Shown here: piece after piece, positions 28,147-37,749 of the stretch
Position numbering within the stretch: the stretch's first letter is position 1
Layout of the letters: every line of letters starts with the position of its first letter
DNA from: Candidatus Parcubacteria bacterium
GTDB taxonomy: Bacteria; Patescibacteriota; Minisyncoccia; UBA6257; 2-01-FULL-56-20
DNA length: 56,958 nucleotides
Direction: 5' to 3'
Assembly: GCA_027355945.1 (NCBI GenBank)
Contig: DAIEHA010000006.1
Location: 1 to 56,958, forward strand
Notes under the pieces: generated by a model
The model's input: only the letters and a program-made list of their open reading frames with translations
Told to the model about the DNA's origin: nothing
Database searches by the model: none
Made by a program: the position numbers and the translations under genes

Positions 28147-28710
28147 ATGACACTTTCATATACCGATCTTACAAAAGGGGTGCTCTTCATCATGGATGGT
28201 TCCCCGTACGAAGTGGTCGATATGCACTTCCTCCGCATGCAGCAGCGCAAGGCGGTCGTGCAGACCCGCATCCGTAATCTCATCACCGGCAAACTCCTTG
28301 ACCGCAATTTTCAGGCGAGCGATTCCTTCGAAGAGGCGGAGGTCGAGCGCAAGACCGCGAATTTCATCTATGAATCCAAGGGGGAGTATTGGTTCCATGA
28401 GGAGGGCAATCCCAAGAACCGATTTTCGCTGAAAAGCGAGATCATGGGAGAACAGGGCCGTTTCCTCAAGCCGAACACCAAAGTGACGACGATCGTGTTC
28501 CAGGGAAAGGTGATCCAGGTGGAGATCCCCGTCAAAATGGAGTTCAAAGTGACCGAGGCCCCTCCCGCTATCAAAGGGAATACCGCCCAGGGCGGCAGCA
28601 AACAGGTCACGATCGAAGGGGGAGCGAAGATCAACGTCCCGCTTTTCGTGAACGAAGACGACCTTATCCGCATCAACACCCAGACAGGCGAATACGTCGA
28701 ACGCGTATAG
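28147..28710 (+). CDS. efp: Elongation factor P
   Basis: 187 aa; GSPYEVV...RNLITG; TEAPPAIKGNTAQGGSKQVTIEGGAKINVPLFVNEDDLIRINTQTGEYVERV. Confidence 0.95.
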   Translation: MTLSYTDLTKGVLFIMDGSPYEVVDMHFLRMQQRKAVVQTRIRNLITGKLLDRNFQASDSFEEAEVERKTANFIYESKGEYWFHEEGNPKNRFSLKSEIMGEQGRFLKPNTKVTTIVFQGKVIQVEIPVKMEFKVTEAPPAIKGNTAQGGSKQVTIEGGAKINVPLFVNEDDLIRINTQTGEYVERV

Positions 28711-28773
28711 GATCCGTTGCGCACGCACTTGCACGGGGCGTCCGCTTAGGGTGGAAGCCCCGTTTTCATTCCA

Positions 28774-29898
28774 ATGACCAGTATCATGCCGTCGAAATCC
28801 AGCACTGTGTTCGTGGGGATGTCGGGCGGGGTCGATAGCTCCGTTGCGGCATTGCTCCTTAAGAAGCGCGGACACCGCGTAGTGGGCATCTTCATGCGCA
28901 GCTATAATATCGATGGCTGCGCCGAACGTGATGCGGAGGATGCCCGCCGCGTGGCGGAACGGATTGGCATCCCGTTCTATGTATGGGATTTCGAGGAGGA
29001 ATACATGCAGCGCGTCGTACAGTATATGATCGAAGGATATCGGACAGGGATCACCCCGAATCCCGATGTGATGTGCAACCGTGAGATAAAGTTCGGCCTT
29101 TTCCTCGAAAAGGCCCTTGCCATGGGGGCAGATTACGTGGCGACCGGCCACTATGTCACGCTGCGGAACATGGGCGCTGGGGCAAAGGCCCGTTTGGCGC
29201 TCTTTGCCGCGGAGGATACGAACAAAGACCAGTCATATTTCCTCTGGACCCTCACCCAGGCCCAGCTTGCACGCAGTCTTTTCCCCATAGGGAGCCATAA
29301 GAAACCGGAGGTGAGGGAGATCGCGCGGCGGGCCGGCCTGCCCACTGCGGAAAAAAAGGATTCGCAGGGGATCTGTTTCCTTGGCCAGGTTTCGATAAGC
29401 GATTTCCTGAGGAATTATATTCCCGAGCAGCGCGGCGCGATCCTTACGACGCGCGGGGAGAGGATAGGCGAACATAAAGGGGCCTTTTTCTATACGATCG
29501 GGCAGCGCCATCTTGATGCCGATTTCACGTTTCCCAAGACAGGAGCGACGGGAATCCCGGCGGCCCGCAAGCCGTTCTATGTCGCCGCAAAGGATGTTGC
29601 CGCGAACACCATCATCGTTGCGGAGGGAGGGGACGATCCCGCGCTTTTCCGCACGGAGGTCCGGCTTGTCCAAGTTAATTTCATCGGCGGCAAGGAATAC
29701 GAAGGACGCGTCATGGCGAGGGTGCGCTACCGGCAGCCTCTTGCGGAGGCGATGCTGAGGAGCATTGGTGAGGGGTGCCACCTCCTTTCTTTCGCATCGC
29801 CGCAGAAGTTCGTGGCGGAAGGTCAATCGGCGGTGTTCTACGGACCGAAGGGCGAGATGCTGGGAGGCGGGGTGATCGCGGCCGCTGCGGCGCTGTGA
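28774..29898 (+). CDS. mnmA: tRNA 2-thiouridine(34) synthase
   Basis: GMSGGVDS, TPNPDVMCNREIKFG, ATGHY, KDQSYFL, KKDSQGICF, YTIGQR, GQSAVFY. Confidence 0.97.
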   Translation: MTSIMPSKSSTVFVGMSGGVDSSVAALLLKKRGHRVVGIFMRSYNIDGCAERDAEDARRVAERIGIPFYVWDFEEEYMQRVVQYMIEGYRTGITPNPDVMCNREIKFGLFLEKALAMGADYVATGHYVTLRNMGAGAKARLALFAAEDTNKDQSYFLWTLTQAQLARSLFPIGSHKKPEVREIARRAGLPTAEKKDSQGICFLGQVSISDFLRNYIPEQRGAILTTRGERIGEHKGAFFYTIGQRHLDADFTFPKTGATGIPAARKPFYVAAKDVAANTIIVAEGGDDPALFRTEVRLVQVNFIGGKEYEGRVMARVRYRQPLAEAMLRSIGEGCHLLSFASPQKFVAEGQSAVFYGPKGEMLGGGVIAAAAAL

Positions 29899-29910
29899 TA
29901 TCATGAGTGT

Positions 29911-30537
29911 ATGAAGAAGAAGGATGAGCTCCAATCGATCGCTCGATTCATCTATGAGGCGGGTATCCTTGCCAACACCCCGCGTTCGGGGTTCTGGTTC
30001 CTTGGCACGGGCAAGCAATCGGTCGCCGAGCACCTTCTGCGCACCACGTACATCGCCTATGCCCTTTGCCACCTTACGCCTGAGGCGGAACGCTCGAAGG
30101 TGATCCTTATGAGCATCTTCCATGATTTCGCAGAGGGAAGGACCTCCGACCTGAATTACGTCCATCAGCGATACGGGCGCCTTGCGGAGTCCGAGGCATT
30201 CAAGGACATCGCTGCCGAGGTCCCGTTCGGGAAGGAGATGGCTGAGTTCTATACGGAAGAGCAGGCGAAGAAGACGCTCGAGGCGCGGCTTGTGAAGGAT
30301 GCCGATCAGCTTGAATGGCTTGCGACCCTGCGCGAAGAGGAACTCAAAGGGAACGCCAAAGCAAAGGCCTGGCAGAAGAGCGCCTTCAAGCGCCTGAAGA
30401 CGCCCCAGGGGCAGGCGGTAGGGAAATATCTTCTTGCGACGCACTCGGATTCTTGGTGGTTCGATTCGGAGGATAAATGGTTCGTTTCCCGCGATCCTAA
30501 GTTCATAAAGAAGAAAAAATCCTCAAAAGGCCGTTGA
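29911..30537 (+). CDS. HD-domain hydrolase (YfbR/HDDC2-like)
   Basis: QSVAEH, SIFHDFAEGRTSD, VKDADQLE. Confidence 0.88.
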   Translation: MKKKDELQSIARFIYEAGILANTPRSGFWFLGTGKQSVAEHLLRTTYIAYALCHLTPEAERSKVILMSIFHDFAEGRTSDLNYVHQRYGRLAESEAFKDIAAEVPFGKEMAEFYTEEQAKKTLEARLVKDADQLEWLATLREEELKGNAKAKAWQKSAFKRLKTPQGQAVGKYLLATHSDSWWFDSEDKWFVSRDPKFIKKKKSSKGR

Positions 30538-30548
30538 AACGGCCTTTT
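30525..30548. terminator. Bidirectional terminator
   Basis: AAAAGGCCGTT-GA-AACGGCCTTTT overlapping the HD gene stop. Confidence 0.7.
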
Positions 30549-30584
30549 TGATTCCGCCATATTTATATGCTACTATGGCGCTAT

Positions 30585-31811
30585 ATGCGCCAATCCCAGC
30601 TGTTCACAAAGACGCAAAAAACCGCGCCGAAGGACGAGGTTGCGCAGAACGCCCAGCTTCTTACGCGCGGCGGGTTCATCTATAAGAATTCCGCCGGGGT
30701 CTATTCCTTCCTTCCTCTTGGATGGCGCGTGATCCGGAACATCTCCCGCATCGCCTGCGAGGAAATGGATGCGATCGGCGGGCAAGAGATGCTCATGTCC
30801 GCGCTTCACGACAAACACTATCTCCAGACGACAGGGCGCTGGGACGTGGATGTGGTCTATAAGGTCATCTCCGGCAGCGACAAAGAACCGGCGTTCAATA
30901 TCAGCTGGACGCACGAGGAGATCCTCGCCGAGATCGCGGCGCGATACGTGAATTCCTATAAGGACCTTCCGTTTGCCGCATATCAGATCCAGACGAAGTT
31001 CCGCCATGAACCCCGTGCAAAATCGGGCCTTCTCCGAGGACGGGAATTCCTCATGAAGGATCTCTACAGCTTCCACGTCTCCGAAGAGGACCTTTTCCGT
31101 TATTATGCCCGCGTTGCGGATGCCTATGCGAACGTCTTTGCGCGGTGCGGCCTTAAGGCATACTACACGCTTGCGGCGGGCGGCGATTTCACTGTGAGCA
31201 ATACGCATGAGTTCCAGGTGGAATCGTCCGTCGGCGAAGATACGGTGTATGTGTGCGGGAAATGCGAATATGCCGAGAACAATGAGATATCCGAGCTGCG
31301 CGAAGGGAGCGCATGCCCGAAATGCGGCGGTGCGGTACGCGAGATAAAGGCGATCGAAGTGGGGAACATCTTCCCGCTCGGTACGAAATACTCGAAGGCC
31401 TTCGGCCTTGCGTTCACCGACGAAAAGGGTGAAAGGAAGGACGTGGTGATGGGATCGTACGGCATCGGCATCTCCCGCGTCATGGGAACGATCGCCGAAA
31501 TCTATCATGACGAAAAGGGGATCGTCTGGCCTGATGCGATCGCACCGTTCACCGTCCATCTTCTCGCTCTGAACGGCGCGAACGGGGACGCCATCTATGA
31601 TGCTTTACAAAAGGCGGGGGTCACCGTACTCTATGACGATAGGGAAGCGACTCCAGGTGAGAAGTTCGCCGATGCCGACCTCATAGGGATCCCGTGGCGT
31701 TTCGTCGTAAGTCCGAAGGTCGGCGAAGGAAATGTGGAGCTCAAGCGCCGCACGGAAAAGGAGTCGCGCATCCTCGGCATGGAAGAGGCCCTCGCAGCCG
31801 TTAAAAAATAA
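30585..31811 (+). CDS. proS: Prolyl-tRNA synthetase, short bacterial type without INS editing domain
   Basis: 408 aa; LLTRGGFI, QIQTKFRHEPRAKSGLLRGREFLMKDLYSF, IEVGNIFPLGTKYS, MGSYGIGISR, GEKFADADLIGIP. Confidence 0.95.
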   Translation: MRQSQLFTKTQKTAPKDEVAQNAQLLTRGGFIYKNSAGVYSFLPLGWRVIRNISRIACEEMDAIGGQEMLMSALHDKHYLQTTGRWDVDVVYKVISGSDKEPAFNISWTHEEILAEIAARYVNSYKDLPFAAYQIQTKFRHEPRAKSGLLRGREFLMKDLYSFHVSEEDLFRYYARVADAYANVFARCGLKAYYTLAAGGDFTVSNTHEFQVESSVGEDTVYVCGKCEYAENNEISELREGSACPKCGGAVREIKAIEVGNIFPLGTKYSKAFGLAFTDEKGERKDVVMGSYGIGISRVMGTIAEIYHDEKGIVWPDAIAPFTVHLLALNGANGDAIYDALQKAGVTVLYDDREATPGEKFADADLIGIPWRFVVSPKVGEGNVELKRRTEKESRILGMEEALAAVKK

Positions 31812-31820
31812 TTCATTCCC

Positions 31821-32864
31821 ATGGCATTATTCGACAACGTGTTCAAAGATATCGGTATCGATCTTGGTACGGCGAATTCCCTCATTTATATAAAAGGACG
31901 CGGGATCGTGGTGAACGAACCGTCCGTTGCGGCGATAAACACCAAGACGAACCATGTCCTCGCGGTGGGCGAGGAGGCGAAGAAGATGCTCGGCCGGGTA
32001 CCGCCCCACATCAGCGTCATTCGTCCGCTCGTGAACGGGGTGATCTCCGATTTCGAAATGACCGAGGAGATGCTTCGCCATCTGCTCAACCGCCCGAAGG
32101 CGCATCCCGTCATGTCCTACCGCCGCGCGCTTCTCGCCATTCCGAACAATCTCACCGAGGTTGAGCGGAAGTCGGTGGAGGATGCCGCGTTGAACGCCGG
32201 CTGCGCGAAGGTGTATCTTGTGGAATCGCCGATCGCCGCCGCGCTTGGCGCAGGCCTTCCCATCACCGTTCCCGAAGCGAGCCTTATCATCGATATCGGC
32301 GGAGGTACGACGGATATCGCGGTGATCTCCATGGGAGGGATCGTGGTATCGCGGACCCTCAAGATCGCGGGCGATCGCTTCAATGAGGAGATCATCCACT
32401 TCGTGCGCGAGGAGTTCCATCTTGCCATCGGGGAACCCACCGCAGAGTATGCAAAGATCGCCGTGGGGTCCGCGGTGCCGCTCGATGAGCGCATCGAGGT
32501 GCCGATCCGCGGCCGTGACTTCGAGACGGGCCTTCCCCGGGAGATTGCCATGAAGAACAACCATGTGCGCATGGCGCTTTCGAAGTCGTTGCGTACCATC
32601 ATCGATTCGGTCCATGAGGTGATCGAGGATACGCCGCCGGAGCTTGCGGGCGACGTGCTTCGCCAGGGCATCGTGATGTGCGGGGGCGGCGCGCTCCTGC
32701 GCGGTCTCGACCAGCTCATCGAAAAGGAGACTGGCGTGAAGGTTGCCGTGGCCGATGATCCACTCACCTGCGTGGTGCGCGGCCTCGGACAGATGGTGGA
32801 TAATTTCGAGACCCACCGTGAACTTCTCGACAATCCTCTGAAGCCCCTTTCGATCAATCTTTAA
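31821..32864 (+). CDS. mreB: Rod shape-determining protein MreB
   Basis: IGIDLGTAN, EPSVAA, RPLVNGVISDF, IDIGGGTTD, AGDRFNE, GGGALLRG. Confidence 0.96.
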   Translation: MALFDNVFKDIGIDLGTANSLIYIKGRGIVVNEPSVAAINTKTNHVLAVGEEAKKMLGRVPPHISVIRPLVNGVISDFEMTEEMLRHLLNRPKAHPVMSYRRALLAIPNNLTEVERKSVEDAALNAGCAKVYLVESPIAAALGAGLPITVPEASLIIDIGGGTTDIAVISMGGIVVSRTLKIAGDRFNEEIIHFVREEFHLAIGEPTAEYAKIAVGSAVPLDERIEVPIRGRDFETGLPREIAMKNNHVRMALSKSLRTIIDSVHEVIEDTPPELAGDVLRQGIVMCGGGALLRGLDQLIEKETGVKVAVADDPLTCVVRGLGQMVDNFETHRELLDNPLKPLSINL

Positions 32865-32880
32865 TCCAACTGAGAACGCG

Positions 32881-33585
32881 ATGATGCCCGAACGGAAGCC
32901 AAACCTTGCACTTCTCGGCGTCCTTGCGTGTGTGTTGCTCGTCCTCGTGATCTTCCAGCCTTCCTATGGCTGGCGTTTGCGCGCATTCCTTATGCCTTCG
33001 GACATCGCAGCCGGCGCGGGCTCTCAGGCGAGCGGCAGCGCGATGGGCGTCCTCATGGCTCAGAACGACCAGCTGAAAGCGCAGCTTGCCGAGTTGCAAG
33101 GCATCGCCGCGGAATTGCCCACATCTTCCCCGAATTACCTTCGCGCCATGGTGTATTCGCGCTATCCGTTGAACTTCAAGAACGAGCTTTTCGTGGATGC
33201 GGGCATGGACGACGGCGTGGCGACCGGAAGCGCGGTCGTCTATGAAGGACTCCTTGTCGGAAGGGTGATCCAGGCATGGCCGCATTATGCCGCCGTCGAA
33301 ACCGTGTTCGATAACAATTTCCGGCTTCCGGTGCGTATCGGGAAGGGAGGTTATGACGGGCTCCTTACCGGAGGGTCCTATCCCTTTGTGGCCTCGATCG
33401 CGAAGAATTCCCCTGTGGCTCCCGGGGACGTCGTGATGAGCGCGGCGCCGGGGGTTCCCTACGCCGTCCCCGTGGGTATCGTGCAGGCGACAAGCACGTC
33501 GCCCGACAATCTTTTCGAACAGGCGACCATCGTATTCCCTTATGATATCAACCAGGTCCAAACGGTACTGATCGCACGTCCATGA
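32881..33585 (+). CDS. mreC: Rod shape-determining protein MreC
   Basis: TM and coiled coil (QNDQLKAQL); VDAGMDDGVATGSAVV...GLLVGRV; position after mreB. Confidence 0.88.
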   Translation: MMPERKPNLALLGVLACVLLVLVIFQPSYGWRLRAFLMPSDIAAGAGSQASGSAMGVLMAQNDQLKAQLAELQGIAAELPTSSPNYLRAMVYSRYPLNFKNELFVDAGMDDGVATGSAVVYEGLLVGRVIQAWPHYAAVETVFDNNFRLPVRIGKGGYDGLLTGGSYPFVASIAKNSPVAPGDVVMSAAPGVPYAVPVGIVQATSTSPDNLFEQATIVFPYDINQVQTVLIARP

Positions 33586-34016
33586 GCTTCCGATCCCTGA
33601 TCGCCCTCCTTCTCATTTTCATCGCCGCAAGCCTTCAATTCCTTCTTGGGTCCGCAGGGATGTTCACGGATCTCATGCTTTCCGCGCTCATTGCGTTCGC
33701 GTTCCTCTTCGAGTGGCCCGAACTCTCGATCTACGTCCTCGTTGCCGTGTTCATGATCGATTGGCAGCCGGCGCTCACGCCGACGCTCGTCGTGTTCGCC
33801 GCGATCCCGTTCGCCGCCTACGCGTTCCGGAAGTTATTTGCATGGGCTCCCTGGGCGGGGATCCCCCTTATGACGATCCTCGGATTCGTGGCGTTCTATC
33901 TCGCGATCGCTCCCGGAATGTTCGCGAACGCGGCGCCTTCGATCGTCCTCGATATCCTGGGAGCCCTTATTTTCGGGGAGGTAACGTTTGCCGTCCTTAT
34001 GCGGGCGGAGCGATGA
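33582..34016 (+). CDS. mreD: MreD-like membrane protein
   Basis: Very hydrophobic 144 aa protein lying between mreC and the PBP2 gene. Confidence 0.65.
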   Translation: MSFRSLIALLLIFIAASLQFLLGSAGMFTDLMLSALIAFAFLFEWPELSIYVLVAVFMIDWQPALTPTLVVFAAIPFAAYAFRKLFAWAPWAGIPLMTILGFVAFYLAIAPGMFANAAPSIVLDILGALIFGEVTFAVLMRAER

Positions 34017-34043
34017 CCCTGCGTTTGTGATATACTCTGCGCA

Positions 34044-36023
34044 ATGAAGCGCCGCCAGGATATTCCGTTCGAAGATTCCTTGAACGACGATTGGAGCCGC
34101 GACCTCAATATGGTCGAGGTCCCTTTGGGTAACCGGTCCCTCCTTGTGCTCGGTATCGTGGTGCTTTGCGCCGTCTTTGCGGTCGTGGTGCGGATAGGGT
34201 ATCTGAATCTTTTCAGCGGATCCTATTATGCGGCGCGCTCCGCGGATAATGCATCGCAGTCGACGCAGGCCTCCGCTCCGAGGGGCATCATCTATGATGC
34301 GGAAGGGAATCCCATCGCGGAGAATAGGACGGTGTTCACCGCGGAGCTCGATTCCGCGAGATTCATCCGCGCGGATGCCGTCCTGCAAAGTTCGACCCTT
34401 TCCGCGGCATACTCCCTCCTCGGTATCCCGACGTCCACGTTCTGGTCGCTCCTCGCCTCGAGCTCCGCGCAGGATTTTGCGACGCCCGTGGTGCTTTCCG
34501 AGGGCCTCAACCAAAGCGAGCTCGTGAATCTTCAGGCGCTCGCGCTTCCGACGATCAAGATCGTGAGCAACTTCCAGCGCGTCTATCTCAACGGGCCGGT
34601 CTTTTCTTCGGTTGTGGGATATATCGGCCGGGTGACCCAGGCAGATCTCACTGCAGACCCGAGCCTTACCGCTGATGGATTCATAGGGAAGACGGGGATC
34701 GAGGCGCAGTACGATACCATGCTCCAAGGAAAGCCCGGCGTGAACATCACGTTCACGGATGCTCAGGGGCATGTGCTCGGGGAAAAGGAGCAATCCGCGC
34801 CTGTCGTAGGTGATTCCGTCCACCTCACGATCGATGGAGCGCTTCAAACGGAGCTGTACGACGCCATCCAGAACGAGCTTGCCATCCTTGGACGGCAGAT
34901 AGGATTGGGGCTTGCGATCGATCCGAGGACGGGTGCCGTGCTTGCGCTCGTGAATGTTCCCGGCTACGACAACAATGCGTTCGCCCAGCCGTCCCCGACG
35001 AGCTCCGCGGAGATCACGGGATTCCTCACCTCGCCGCTCAAGCCCATGTTCGATCGCATCGTTTCCGGGAATTACAACCCTGGTTCCACGATCAAACCGC
35101 TTGATGGCGTTGCGATCATGAAGGAAGGGGTTGTATCGCCTACGAGGCAGATATTCTCGCCGGGGTACCTCATGGTGCCGAACCCGTACGATCCCTCCAA
35201 TCCGACGAAGTACCTCGATTGGCAATACCAGGGGAGCGTCGACCTTGTATCGGCGCTTGCGCAGTCATCCGACGTCTATTTCTATATCACCGTGGGAGGG
35301 TCGCCGGCGGTGACGACCCCGCCCATCAACGACGCGAGCGATTACGGCGTTGGCGGTCTCGGCGTGAGCAAGCTCTTCGACTGGTGGAAGACGTTCGGTC
35401 TGGGCGTACGGACGGGCATCGACCTGCCCGGAGAGGCGTCCGGTTTCCTTCCTACGCCTCAATGGAAGGAGCAGACGACCGGCACCCGGTGGCTTCTCGG
35501 CGATACCTACAACGTCGCGATCGGACAGGGATCGCTCACCGTCACCCCGCTGCAGCTTCTGAGCTACATCGATGCCATTGCGAACGGCGGCACCCTTTGG
35601 CGTCCGTTCGTCAATGCAAGCTCGACCTCCCATGTGAATGACGATCTCACGTCGCTTGCGCCCTATATCCGGGAGGTGCAGCAGGGGATGCTTGCAGGGG
35701 TCAATTCCCCGAGGGGGACGTCCCATATGCTTTCCGACCTTCCCATCCAGGCATGCGCGAAGACGGGAAGCGCCCAGGTGAAGAACAATTCCGAGGAGAA
35801 CGCGCTCTTCGTGGGGTATCTTCCCTGCAACCCGAGCGTACCCGACGACGGATCCCCGCGGATCGCACTCCTCATCCTCATCGAGAATTCGAAACAGGGG
35901 AGCTTGAACGCGGTGCCTATCGCCAATCAGGTCTTTAATTGGTATTATGATAACCGTATAAAGGCACAGGGAGCGAACGCATCCTCGTCGCTTCCGTTCC
36001 CATCCTCCACTGCGACCCAATGA
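34044..36023 (+). CDS. mrdA: Penicillin-binding protein 2 (class B transpeptidase)
   Basis: APRGIIYD, GKTGIEAQYD, PGSTIKP (SxxK), SSDV, AKTGSAQ. Confidence 0.92.
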   Translation: MKRRQDIPFEDSLNDDWSRDLNMVEVPLGNRSLLVLGIVVLCAVFAVVVRIGYLNLFSGSYYAARSADNASQSTQASAPRGIIYDAEGNPIAENRTVFTAELDSARFIRADAVLQSSTLSAAYSLLGIPTSTFWSLLASSSAQDFATPVVLSEGLNQSELVNLQALALPTIKIVSNFQRVYLNGPVFSSVVGYIGRVTQADLTADPSLTADGFIGKTGIEAQYDTMLQGKPGVNITFTDAQGHVLGEKEQSAPVVGDSVHLTIDGALQTELYDAIQNELAILGRQIGLGLAIDPRTGAVLALVNVPGYDNNAFAQPSPTSSAEITGFLTSPLKPMFDRIVSGNYNPGSTIKPLDGVAIMKEGVVSPTRQIFSPGYLMVPNPYDPSNPTKYLDWQYQGSVDLVSALAQSSDVYFYITVGGSPAVTTPPINDASDYGVGGLGVSKLFDWWKTFGLGVRTGIDLPGEASGFLPTPQWKEQTTGTRWLLGDTYNVAIGQGSLTVTPLQLLSYIDAIANGGTLWRPFVNASSTSHVNDDLTSLAPYIREVQQGMLAGVNSPRGTSHMLSDLPIQACAKTGSAQVKNNSEENALFVGYLPCNPSVPDDGSPRIALLILIENSKQGSLNAVPIANQVFNWYYDNRIKAQGANASSSLPFPSSTATQ

Positions 36024-37006
36024 GCGAACTTCGTCAGGATATCGTATCGGGCGACTGGGTGCTTCTCGCGCCCGGACGCGCTGCACGGCCCCGGTTCATG
36101 GACCAGAAGAAAGGGCCACGAAAATCGCTTCCCAAGAGCGAATGTCCTTTTGAGGACCTTTCCTTGGCAAGTCCCGCGATGCCGCTCTATCAGCATCCTG
36201 CCGGGAAGGATTGGAGGATCGCGGTCATCCGCAACAAATATCCTGCCGTCGAAGAGAACGGCGTCCCATCGCACACGTTTGCGCGCGGCATCTATCCTGT
36301 CCGCACGGGAGTGGGCACGCATAATCTCCTCATCACAAGGGCCCACACCCTCCATTTCACGGAACTGCCGGCGGAGGATGCGGCGGCGCTCTTCGCCGTA
36401 TTGCAGCGCTTTCATAGGATCGCGGCACAGGATGATCGCGTCCGCTATATCGCGTCCTTCTACAATTATGGTCCTTCTGCGGGCGCCTCGGTCTGGCATC
36501 CGCATTATCAGATGCTCGCGCTCCCTGTGATCCCTGAACATGTGGCGCGTTCGCTCAAGGGGAGCGAACGCTATTTCAAATCGCACGGACGCTGCGTGCG
36601 CTGCGATATCATTCGTGCCGAACGGAGCGCCCGCGCACGCATCATCGTGGAGAATTCCCACGCGATCGCGATGGCTCCCTATGCGTCCAAAAAACCGTTC
36701 GAGATGAGCATCCTTCCCAAGCGCCATACCCCCTCGCTGCGCGATACCCCTCCCGCAGCGCTTCGGGGGATCGCGCTCCTCGCACAGGAGGCCGCAAAGG
36801 CCATGAAACGCCGTTTGGGCGATCCGGATTTCAATTTCTTCATCCACGACGCTCCGCTCGGATCGGGAGATTATCGCCATCATCATTGGCATATTGAGAT
36901 GGTCCCAAGGGTCACCACCGAGGCGGGATTCGAACTTTCGACGAGCATCATCATCAACGTGATCGATCCCGATAATGCGGCGGCGATCCTCCGCGGAGAG
37001 AAATAA
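36020..37006 (+). CDS. galT: Galactose-1-phosphate uridylyltransferase (GalT/HIT-like) family protein
   Basis: MSELRQDIVSGDWVLLAPGRAARP, NKYPA, AGASVWHPHYQ (HxHxQ), HWHIE. Confidence 0.82.
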   Translation: MSELRQDIVSGDWVLLAPGRAARPRFMDQKKGPRKSLPKSECPFEDLSLASPAMPLYQHPAGKDWRIAVIRNKYPAVEENGVPSHTFARGIYPVRTGVGTHNLLITRAHTLHFTELPAEDAAALFAVLQRFHRIAAQDDRVRYIASFYNYGPSAGASVWHPHYQMLALPVIPEHVARSLKGSERYFKSHGRCVRCDIIRAERSARARIIVENSHAIAMAPYASKKPFEMSILPKRHTPSLRDTPPAALRGIALLAQEAAKAMKRRLGDPDFNFFIHDAPLGSGDYRHHHWHIEMVPRVTTEAGFELSTSIIINVIDPDNAAAILRGEK

Positions 37007-37008
37007 CG

Positions 37009-37371
37009 ATGACCATGGAAGAAACGATCGTACGGCATAATGGGGTCATTGCAATGGGCGCGGCGGCCATCGCGTTTATCGTCGGGGGATTCGGATGGGC
37101 GCTCGTTGCGCTCGGAGCGTTTTCCCTGGGTCTTTCGGGGAGGCCGGTCATCCTCCATTTCAACGACCTTTCGGGTATCACGAGGATCGGTACGGCGGCG
37201 GACCTCCTTACTGCCGGCGTGTTCGCATTCGTTGCCGCAGCGGCCGGGATCGCTATCGCATTCGAGCTCGACCGCAGAGACCGTATTCTCGGCAAATTGG
37301 CTGCCGCAACCGTCCTTGCCGCGGCGGTCTTGCTTTTTATCGCGTGTGCGGCTATAATAAACGTCAATTGA
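37009..37371 (+). CDS. Hypothetical membrane protein (3 TM)
   Basis: Hydrophobic segments around ILHFNDLSGI; tight operon spacing. Confidence 0.6.
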   Translation: MTMEETIVRHNGVIAMGAAAIAFIVGGFGWALVALGAFSLGLSGRPVILHFNDLSGITRIGTAADLLTAGVFAFVAAAAGIAIAFELDRRDRILGKLAAATVLAAAVLLFIACAAIINVN

Positions 37372-37381
37372 AACCAAAGCT

Positions 37382-37696
37382 ATGGCCAAGGATTTTGCAA
37401 TCATAAAGACCGGAGGTAAACAGTACAAGGTTTCCGCCGGAGATAAGCTCAGGGTGGAGAAGGTCGCCGGAGAAGAGGGCGGTACCGTCATCTTCCAGGA
37501 GGTGCTTCTCCGTTCCGAAGGAGGGACGGTACAGGTGGGCGCTCCGGTTGTTGCCGGTGCAAAGACGGAGGCGAAGGTCCTTCGCAATGCAAGGGATAAG
37601 AAGAAGATCATATTCAAGTACCATCCAAAGACCCGCAGCCGCCGCAAGAAAGGGCATCGTCAGGAATTCACGGAAGTGGAGATCGTATCGATATGA
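37382..37696 (+). CDS. rplU: 50S ribosomal protein L21
   Basis: FAIIKTGGKQYKVSAGD...KKGHRQEFTEVEI. Confidence 0.97.
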   Translation: MAKDFAIIKTGGKQYKVSAGDKLRVEKVAGEEGGTVIFQEVLLRSEGGTVQVGAPVVAGAKTEAKVLRNARDKKKIIFKYHPKTRSRRKKGHRQEFTEVEIVSI

Positions 37697-37698
37697 TG

Positions 37699-37724
37699 CA
37701 AAAGGCCCCGAAAGGGGCCTTTTG
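37699..37724. terminator. Bidirectional terminator
   Basis: CAAAAGGCCCC-GAAA-GGGGCCTTTTG between convergent genes. Confidence 0.85.
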
Positions 37725-37749
37725 ATTTTCCGCAGCTCTTTGAGGGGGG

